A program made the translations under genes and the position numbers. Positions 50,787-60,000 of a stretch of DNA of 64,000 bases are shown in pieces. A model generated the notes under the pieces. It did not search any database. It was not told the DNA's origin and worked only from the letters and a program-made list of their open reading frames with translations. Each line of letters opens with the position of its first letter. Positions within the stretch are counted from its first letter, which is position 1. This stretch comes from a bacterium (GTDB lineage: Bacteria; Electryoneota; Electryoneia; Electryoneales; Electryoneaceae), in NCBI GenBank assembly GCA_963669175.1, contig OY769902.1, forward strand, positions 2,976,001 through 3,040,000. The letters run 5' to 3'.

Positions 50787-52196
50787 CTAGCGCATACGTT
50801 CGCGAAGTAGTGAAAGAGCTACTTGTGCGGATTCCCAGCGGGGGTTGATAGAAAGCGCACTCTCAAGTGCATCTTCCGCTGCTTCAAAGTCACCCTTTTC
50901 TGTCAGGGCGTTTCCCAGGTGTAAAAATGCGCTCGCATTTGAAGGCCATAGCCGAATCGCTTCTTCAAATTGTTCAATGGCTGCATCATTCCTGCCGGCG
51001 CTGAAATAGGCCAGACCAAGGTAGTCATGATACCGGGACGTCTGATCTGAATAGGATACATATTGTCTGACTGATTCTTCATCAAAATATACCAGGTCAC
51101 TATCTGTCACGCCTCTTCGAAGCATATCTCTGGTAGCCAAATAGACATCATGTCCATGATCTTTGTCAGAAGTGGAAGTGATCGGAATGATATAGTCCGG
51201 GTAAGCAGTATCCAACAAGCGACGGTTTACATAGTAGAGGTCTTCGCCCACAAGTTCCCCCTGCATCATTTCATTTACTTCATCAGGAATTTCAATATCA
51301 GAAAACAGATCAGAAGTACAGAAAGTCTCTTCTCGCAACATTTTGTTTAACTGGCTGATGACCCTTTCTTCTGGGGTTTGGTCGTCGTTGTCATGATTAT
51401 TGATGACAGGTGCGATGTATGCCCAGATGTATTGATCGAGAGGGGTATGCTGCGCCTGGAGCCTTTGCAACCAGTCCTTTGTGTGGTTCAGATCTGAAAG
51501 AGCCAGGAAAGGAGATACATAATTATTGATTTTAACCTGAGTTAAGATATCAACATACAGAGTCCACATTCCGGGTTTGTGTTCCAGGGCTTTCTGGTAT
51601 GAATCGATCGCATCATCATATTGCCCCAGGGACATATATACATTCCCGAGGTTCTTGTAAATAATGCCCTTCTTCAATCCCATTTCGAGTGAACGCTGAA
51701 ACATTCCCAGGGATTTTCTGTATTCACCTTGAGACGCGTAAATCATTCCGAGATTATTGTAAATGAGATCCTCTTCCGGTGGATCCATCTCAAGCGCTTT
51801 ATACAACCAATCGAGTGCCTGTTCTTTTTCGCCGATCTGGTAGTACAGTTTTCCCAGGGCTACACATGCCTCAGGATAATCAGCCTTAATTTGCAGTGCT
51901 GAGAGGTAATGGGCGGCTGCATCACGAAGTAATCCGATTCGCTCTTTTTCACGACCGAAGCTGAGCTGTTTTTCCGCTTCATTTGCTGCGCCCATGTCGG
52001 ATTGCGAGGCCAGCCATGGCATATCACCAAAAAAGAACAGGAAAATGACTATCATGGAAGGAACTGCCAGGACAAGCCAACCAATCCAGGAGATATTTCT
52101 GGTGGTAGCTTGTGTCTCTTCCGCGGCAACATCGCCAGAAGACATCGTGATCCGGGCATTAATTGCGACGTTTTTGTTTTTCTTTTTTTTCGCCAT
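50787..52196 (-). CDS. Membrane-anchored tetratricopeptide repeat protein
   Basis: N-terminal TM helix; TPRs (YNNLGMIY, YKNLGNVY, HLGNAL). Confidence 0.85.
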   Translation of the reverse strand: MAKKKKNKNVAINARITMSSGDVAAEETQATTRNISWIGWLVLAVPSMIVIFLFFFGDMPWLASQSDMGAANEAEKQLSFGREKERIGLLRDAAAHYLSALQIKADYPEACVALGKLYYQIGEKEQALDWLYKALEMDPPEEDLIYNNLGMIYASQGEYRKSLGMFQRSLEMGLKKGIIYKNLGNVYMSLGQYDDAIDSYQKALEHKPGMWTLYVDILTQVKINNYVSPFLALSDLNHTKDWLQRLQAQHTPLDQYIWAYIAPVINNHDNDDQTPEERVISQLNKMLREETFCTSDLFSDIEIPDEVNEMMQGELVGEDLYYVNRRLLDTAYPDYIIPITSTSDKDHGHDVYLATRDMLRRGVTDSDLVYFDEESVRQYVSYSDQTSRYHDYLGLAYFSAGRNDAAIEQFEEAIRLWPSNASAFLHLGNALTEKGDFEAAEDALESALSINPRWESAQVALSLLRERMR

Positions 52197-52205
52197 AGTG
52201 CTTTA

Positions 52206-53450
52206 CTAACAGGTCATGTGAAGAACAAAGAGAACGTTTTTACCTTGCGCCTTCAAACGATTAAAAGTCTTGATAGCGACTGGCGAAGGTTCTATAATCA
52301 CCTGGTTGCCGCGCATGGTGTACCGGTTAAAAAGAAAATGTGTTCCTACACCTGTAGTGAACCCTTTCCCCCCACGATTCCGAGAACCGCTTCCGATCAG
52401 AATAATGTCAGGCTTTTGCTCTTGAAGATAACGCTTATCCTGGGAACGGAAATGGTGCTTCTTGTCAACGAATCTGAAGGTGCCGTCCGGGTAAATCAGT
52501 GCATCAAAAAACACCAGGGGAATACCCTTGTACACAGCAAATCCATGCTGGTAGTGCATCATCTGTTTGTCTCGGTTCACCAGAAAGGAGGCGCCAAGAC
52601 TTACAAAGGCAACCAGCAGTACAGCCAGAACACCAATTCGGACAGCTTTGTGCCGCATGTAATGGATAATCGTCATCAGGAGAAAAAAGGCGGGGAAGGA
52701 TATTCCAAGCAATACCCACGCCTCTTCAGGTTCGGAAAGCAGTGGACTAGTGAAAGTAAAGACGATAGTCAACAACAATACCATCAAAAGCGCGTTGCCG
52801 GGCTTCCTGAAATAATCCTTCGGATCTCGCTGCCAGGGACGGAAATTCTTCAGTTGTATCGTGCCATATGATTCAGTGATGAAGAGGACGATTATCAGTC
52901 CAATGCATGCGCCCATGGAATCCTTGGTAATATCGCTGATGTCGAAGGTGCGATTGGACAGGTAATACTGGAAAGCCTCATCGAAAAAGGACATGAGGAC
53001 TGCCGAGGAGAATGCAAGGAGGATCATGCGATTCTTCCGCATTTTATAGGCATTGTGGGCGCGGAAGAAGAAAAAGATATAGGCGCAGTATGTCGTGTAG
53101 TGCCAATTCTCCTGCAATTCAAAGAATGACATCTCCAGATATATGTCCATCAGAGACTGAGAAAAAGCGATTAATATGAGGCAGAACACACCGGCAAAAA
53201 CTTTGCGTAGCGTAATTTGTTTTCTGTAGTAGAAAAGAAATCCTACGAGGAGTACAATTGCTGATGAGAGAACCAGCGGAATCTCGAACCTGTCGAACAA
53301 GGTAAAATTGAATCGAGATACAATATGAACAACCCCCTGAAGATATTTGGTCACTACAATAAATGGAGTGAGAACAACGAGGATTGTAAACAGGATGTAC
53401 TGGGTAGTCGCGTCAATCCGTGCTTTATCAACCGGGGATTTGTTACCCAT
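52206..53450 (-). CDS. Multi-TM VanZ-like protein with C-terminal Mth938-like domain
   Basis: DEAFQYYLSNRTFDISDI (VanZ); PDIILIGSG...AIKTFN...LHMTC (Mth938); start 53450 or 53501. Confidence 0.7.
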   Translation of the reverse strand: MGNKSPVDKARIDATTQYILFTILVVLTPFIVVTKYLQGVVHIVSRFNFTLFDRFEIPLVLSSAIVLLVGFLFYYRKQITLRKVFAGVFCLILIAFSQSLMDIYLEMSFFELQENWHYTTYCAYIFFFFRAHNAYKMRKNRMILLAFSSAVLMSFFDEAFQYYLSNRTFDISDITKDSMGACIGLIIVLFITESYGTIQLKNFRPWQRDPKDYFRKPGNALLMVLLLTIVFTFTSPLLSEPEEAWVLLGISFPAFFLLMTIIHYMRHKAVRIGVLAVLLVAFVSLGASFLVNRDKQMMHYQHGFAVYKGIPLVFFDALIYPDGTFRFVDKKHHFRSQDKRYLQEQKPDIILIGSGSRNRGGKGFTTGVGTHFLFNRYTMRGNQVIIEPSPVAIKTFNRLKAQGKNVLFVLHMTC

Positions 53451-54085
53451 AGGTGTTTTTGGTTGTTTGGTTAGCGGAAAATGTTCTCGAAAGAATAGCA
53501 CGACCAGCTAGTATAATAAAGCTGAGAATTCTCTTCGCCAATAACGGTAAACAAAGTAAGCCCTGAATGGCTTATCTCCGAGAGCCTGTCAGAAGTTCGA
53601 GAGAATCCGTATACTTCAAGTTCTGATGAGAAAGAGTAAAAGGGCATCGCATATAAATCAGGTCTTGACTCAGCGTGTTTTTTGCATGCAGTTTAAAGTG
53701 TTTCGGTGATTTTGAAAACTGGGAAGATGTTATGAATTCTCAGTTTCCGGCTAGAGTACTGCTTTCTTCGATTCTTCTTCCAGCCACATCGTTGCATGGT
53801 AATCCACGGTATGTTCTTGAAGCTGAAGAAGCTCTTCTGCCTCAGAAAATACTGATTGCCGAGCAACGGCTCCGTTAAGTTTTTGCTTTTTGTGATTTTA
53901 CAGATACCTGATAGGTTCAGATTTTCAAACCGAAAACAGTTGCAAAAGCAACAGGGAGGTTACGAAAACCCAATTTTGTTGTTATCGTTGGAAGGGGTGA
54001 GACAAGTTGGCAGATCTTGGTGGGGATTTGCCTTTAGTAGTTTGCTAACGCTTACGGTTTCACTACAGGAGTGAGAGGAGTAAGA

Positions 54086-57000
54086 ATGCAAAGGTACTGT
54101 GCGTTGTTTGTCATCGTCCTTCTTCTTGTGTCTGCAGGTTTTGTCATGGCGCAGGAGGGGACGAATTCAAACATCGATGATCGTGGAGAAGTGATACCGA
54201 GCTGGGTACCAAATCTTGGTCAGCCAGTTCAGTCACGCTTTAGCGAGCTTGACGAGGTGTCAATCGCCTTTGTCCGGGATGCTGTGAACGGATGGGGCAA
54301 CATTGCCACGATTCTCGATACGATGGCAGAACTAACCTACGACGTCATTACATCTGCAGATCTGGCGACTGCCGATTTGTCTGAGTATGTAGCGATTGTC
54401 GTGGATGGAAACCAGTCTGGCACATTCTACACGAACATCAATGCCAACATGGATGTGTTGGAAGAGTTCGTGGATGATGGTGGCTGGCTGGAGTTTCATG
54501 GTGCTAACAACTCACACAACCCTTATTGGGAATTGTGGGATGGTACCACCTACATTTATTCGCTTAACTCGACAACCAACTACATTCAGGATGATGAGCA
54601 CCCGATTGTAGAAGGTGAAGCAAACCCGGAAGGTAATAGCTGTAACCACGGCTATTTGACGGATTATCCTGATGATGCGAACATCATTGTGTCGCAGGAT
54701 GAAGCTGGCGTCAACGCCACCCTGATCGAGTATGCATATGGATCAGGTAATGTTGTTGTTACCACCATGACTTATGCACATATGTGGAACAACAACTACG
54801 CTGGCGCCTACCTTGCCGGCAACACGCTTACCTACGTAGTCTATCACCCCATCTGGGGCGCTCTGATGGGCACGGTCACCGATACGGGCGATGATCCTAT
54901 CGACGGCGCGGAGATCAACGTCTACGATGAGAATGATGAATTTGTAGCTACCACGACCTCAGATGAAAACGGTGACTACGAAATCATTGAAACGCTTTTT
55001 GAAGGCACGTACTACGTAACAGCTTTCGCACCCGGATATGTCCTGGCTACAGAAACCGATGTGGCGATCGTGTCTGAAGATACGACGACGGTTGATTTCA
55101 GCCTGGCTGCAAACGAAGAAACTGTTACGATTTCCGGTACTGTCATTTCGGCTGATACACCTGACACACCCATTGCCGGGATCACTGTGTATATCCCGCT
55201 GCTGGATGTTTCAGATGTAACCGATGAAAACGGTGATTTCGACCTTGGAACACAGTTCACGGGCACCTATACATTTGTGATCAGCAATGATCCTGAAGGA
55301 TCAGAAGTCTATCACACAATGTCCTTCGCCGGTGTTGAAGTTGATGATGACGCGGTCCCCCTTTCATTCTCGGTGTATGAAATTCTGCCTCCGCAGAATC
55401 TCGCCGGCGCATCTGAAAACGGATCTGTCACTTTGTCCTGGGATCCTCCGGCAAATATGGAGCAGGATGAAATGATGGCTGCAGCCCTGGAACAGGAAAT
55501 CGGCTGGCTGGCCGAAACCATCGAGCTGATTGAAGCCCGGGGTACACAGCAGGAACGCGCTAAACTGCCTCTGATCGAGCAGGAAATGTATCAGAAGCAG
55601 TCCATCCTGAATTCTATCGAACGCCGTCGTGAACAGATGGAAAACGGTGAAGAGCTGGATGAAATTACCGATTTCCTGGGTTATCGTATCAAGATGACCT
55701 ATCCCAACGGCCTCGAAAGCCTCTTGGATGATTACGTCACAGCCACAACGCATACCGTTGGCAACCTGCAAAACGGTAACCTGTACAACTTCATGGTTGC
55801 TGCTGATTACGGATATGGCGAAGACTACCTTGTCTGGTCCAACGAAATCAACATTCGTCCGCTTCCAACCACGGGTTACGTTGTTTCTGTAGTTGATTAC
55901 GACTGGATCGAAATCAACCCGGCTAACGGTGGTGACGGTGAGGTTGCCATTAACGCAGGTGATGATAGCAACTCTGGTGAAATTTCCTTTGCTCCGCTCT
56001 CATTTGAGTACTGGGGTAACGATTATGACAGCTTTGGCGCTTGCACCAATGGTTGGTTCAGTTTCACAAACTTTACCAGTGGTTCGATCACAGTAGACTT
56101 GCCGAATACGGCTTTACCGAACGCAGTATTGCAAGCTCTCAACGGTGACTTCCATGCTGGCGTGGCTGATGACGACATGGCCATCTGGTACTTGGTCGAT
56201 GATGAAGAAGACTTGGTCGTGGTCCAGTACCTACTCCGTCCGTTAGGTAACACCGAATACCGTTACTCTTACCAGATTGTTCTGGATTGTGCGAATGGTT
56301 CCATCCAATTCAACTACGAAGAAGCAGATGACTGGCCCTACTACCATCGCGGTCCGACAGGCATAGAAAACGTGGATGGCACCGAAGCCTACATCTGGGA
56401 CTACACACTCATTGAAGATGAGTATTCCATTTTCTTCCAGGCTCCAGACTGGGATTGGGGTTCCATCAGCGGCATGGTATACGATGATGTGACGCTTGAT
56501 CCCCTTGAAGGCGTTACAGTTGTTGCAACTGACTCAGAAGACATGACCTGGACATCCGAGACGGATGAAAATGGTTGGTTCACTGTGCTGGTCAACGCTG
56601 AAGACGGTCCCTGGGATCTGTCACTGAACATCCCTGGCTGGTACGAATCGACAGTAACCAACGTAACTATTCCGGTAGACAGCTTTGGTGTACAGATTGA
56701 TGATGTCTACATGGAAGGTGTGCCGATTGGTTATTATGACGATTTCGAAGATGATCAGGGCCCATGGGAAACCAGTCTCAACAACATTCCCGATGACTGG
56801 GATTGGGGAACCCCGACTTCCGGTCCAGACGAAGCGCATTCCGGTGTAAATCTCTGGGCTCAGAACCTTTCCGGCAACCACCATGGCGCGCCATCATACG
56901 GTGCAACACGTGGTGATACACTTTGGTCAACGCAAGAGTGGTATGTTGGTTCTGAAGATGCCGTGCTTACATACTGGCACTGGCATGACTACTATATTTC

Positions 57001-60000
57001 AGGCACTACATTCTACAACGGTTACAATGTCCAGATTTCTACCGATGGCGGTATGAACTGGGATATCATTACACCTATTGGTAACTACGATGGTTCATGT
57101 AACTACATGGGTGAAACCGGGTATCCGCTTGCTGAAGCTATTTTCGGTGGAACAACCGATGGTTGGGAACAAGTAGCTTTTGAACTGGGCGATTACTTCG
57201 GCGAAGATATCATGCTGATGTTCCACGCTGCCGGATACTACTATACCGGGTACCAACGTGCTGGTGTCTACATTGATGACGTGCGCCTGCATGGTGTCCC
57301 GGTACCGAGCCGCATTGAAGGTTACGTCACAGATTCAGGTGATGAATCCGTAATTGCAGGCGCGGATGTCAACCTGTGGTATGATGGTGAAGTTGTTGGT
57401 CATGGTGTCACTGATGAAAACGGTTTCTACAGCATCAACGAAGTAGTGCCTTCGCTCTATCGTCAAAACGACTACGAGCTTGAAGCGTTTGCCGCGTTCT
57501 ACATGGCAGACACGCTTCATGCTTACGATGTAACGGAAGGTGATACCCTCGTTGCCGATTTCGAACTTGATGAAGAAACACGTACTTCGAATATCTTCGG
57601 TTCAGTATTCTCCGAGGATACACCTGACACGCCGGTGGAAGGCGCCCTGGTTACGATCCCGCAGTTGGGACTGACAGAAACAACCGATGCCGACGGCGAA
57701 TTTGATTTTGGCGCCCAGATTATCGGTATCTATACGCTAGTCGTTCATTTCGATACGCCGCAAACATTCCACGAAACCCATTTCTACAACCAGCAGATTA
57801 CAGTAGACAACGAGTCTATCGACTTGTTGATTCCGGAAATTATGCCGCCTGCTACTTTCAGTGCGGATGATAGCGATATGGCTATCGTTCTGACCTGGAC
57901 GGATCCGGCAAACACACCGGAAGAAGATCTGATGCAGCTTCGTGTCGATATCGAAGCCTTCCGTGCCTCGATCAACGAACTGCGCAGCACTGGTGATCCC
58001 AGGGCTCTGGCGAAGTTGCCGGAAGAAGAGCAGCGCCTGTTCAGCATGGAAAACCGTCTCGCGCGTCTCGAGCAGCTTGCAGAACTGGAAATTGATGATA
58101 TCGAAGACTTCCAGGGCTACAGGATCTATCTTGATGGTGAAATCCTGGATACACTGCTTTATCCGTGGATTCATACTTACACCATTAATGGCCTTTCAAA
58201 CGGTCATGAGTACCATGTCAGTGTAGCCGCGGATTACGGGTATGATGAAGACTACCTCGTCTGGGCAACCGACGAAGAAGGCGAAATCACCGGAATCCGT
58301 CCGCTGCCGCCGGCTGGATACGTTTTCAACCCGATGGAGTATGAGTGGATTGAACTTGATCCCGATGAAGGTGGTGACGGTGAAGTCGCACACGACAATG
58401 GTGACGATGCGAACAGCGGTGAAGTCTCATTCGCGCCGCTTGAGTTCGATTTCTACGGAACAACTTATTCCAGCTTCGGCGCTTGCACCAACGGCTGGAT
58501 GAGTTTCACCGACTTCACGAGTGGAACCATTGGACCAGCGTTGCCATCCACTTCCGCACCGAACGCAACCGTGATCGCCCTTAACGGCGACTACCATGCA
58601 GGCGTTTCCGGTGACGATTGCAACATCTGGTACCTGGTTGACGAAGCGAATGATCGTGTTGTCATCCAGTTCCGTCTGCGTCCCTATGGTGGTTCACACA
58701 CGGATTACCGTCACAATTACCAGGTCGTCCTGGATTGTGAAACCAACGCCATGCACTTCAACTACAACACATCTGAAGACTGGATGGAATATGTACGTCA
58801 GAACGGTGTTGTAGGCGTTGAAAACGAAACCGGTATGGCCGCATCCACATTCAACATGGAATCCATCGTTGATGAGATGTCTCTTTCAGTCCGGTACGTA
58901 GAAGCATTCGGTAACGTAATCGGGACAATTACCGATGCCAATGAAGATCCTATTGCAGGCGCATATGTATTCCTGCAGGAAGATCGGTCCGCATACGGTA
59001 TCTCTGACGAAAACGGTTTCTACGAAATTCTGCTGGCCAACACTGAAAACGCACCGTACACCGTTGTCTGCGAAGCCGATGGTTATGTGCGTGAAACTGT
59101 TCAGGATGTTGACTGGGAGAACGGTGAATTTGATCAGGAAGTAGACTTCCAGTTGGATGTGATCAGTGATCAGACACCGCCTTACTTCGTGAGCTGGGAT
59201 GTAGACTACGACGACCGCCTGAGCTTCGTGCTTGGTGAGCCTGGCGCCTACCAGCACATGATGACCATGCAGTATGATGATGGCACCGCTGCTGATGCGT
59301 GGGTTATCCCGGCCAATGGTGAGAATGCCATGTGGGCGGTTCCGTTCGAAGCATCAACAGAAGCCCGCATTGTTCAGGCTGAAATTCGTGTCACCATACC
59401 GAACAGCGCCTGGGGTAACTGGCCGGATGCACAGTCTGATCCAGTGATCGTAAAGATCTTTGCTGATGACAATGGCCAGCCGGGTGAAGTACTGTACACC
59501 TCACCGGCAACTGTTGCTCAGCACGGTTCTGTAGTGATTAATCCTTCGCTTGAGATCGAAGGCAGGTTCTGGGTTGGCTTCTATGCCCAGAGTGGTCTTG
59601 AAGCGCTTTGCGTTGACACCTATGCCAACAATGGCGACCTGGTCAGCATGACCCTCGATGGTGAGAACTGGCAGCAGTTTGAAGTCAATGGTGATCCGAT
59701 GATCCGCATTGATCTGCATTCCGCCAGCTCCATCGAAATGGTTGACATTGACGATCTTAACTTGCCGGAAGCTACTTTCGACAAGGGCGCAGCCGTACCG
59801 GTTGCTGCAACACATCAATCCCCGGTTTACGGCGTTCTCGCGCCAATGTATTCACCCAAGGCTTCGTTGCGTGAAGGCTGGAATCGTGACCTGCGCAGTG
59901 AACTGGATGAATTCCTTGGCTTCAACATCTACTACTCAACAGACGGTGAAGATTTCGAATTGGCGAACGAAGATCTGATCGAAGATACAGAATACGATCT

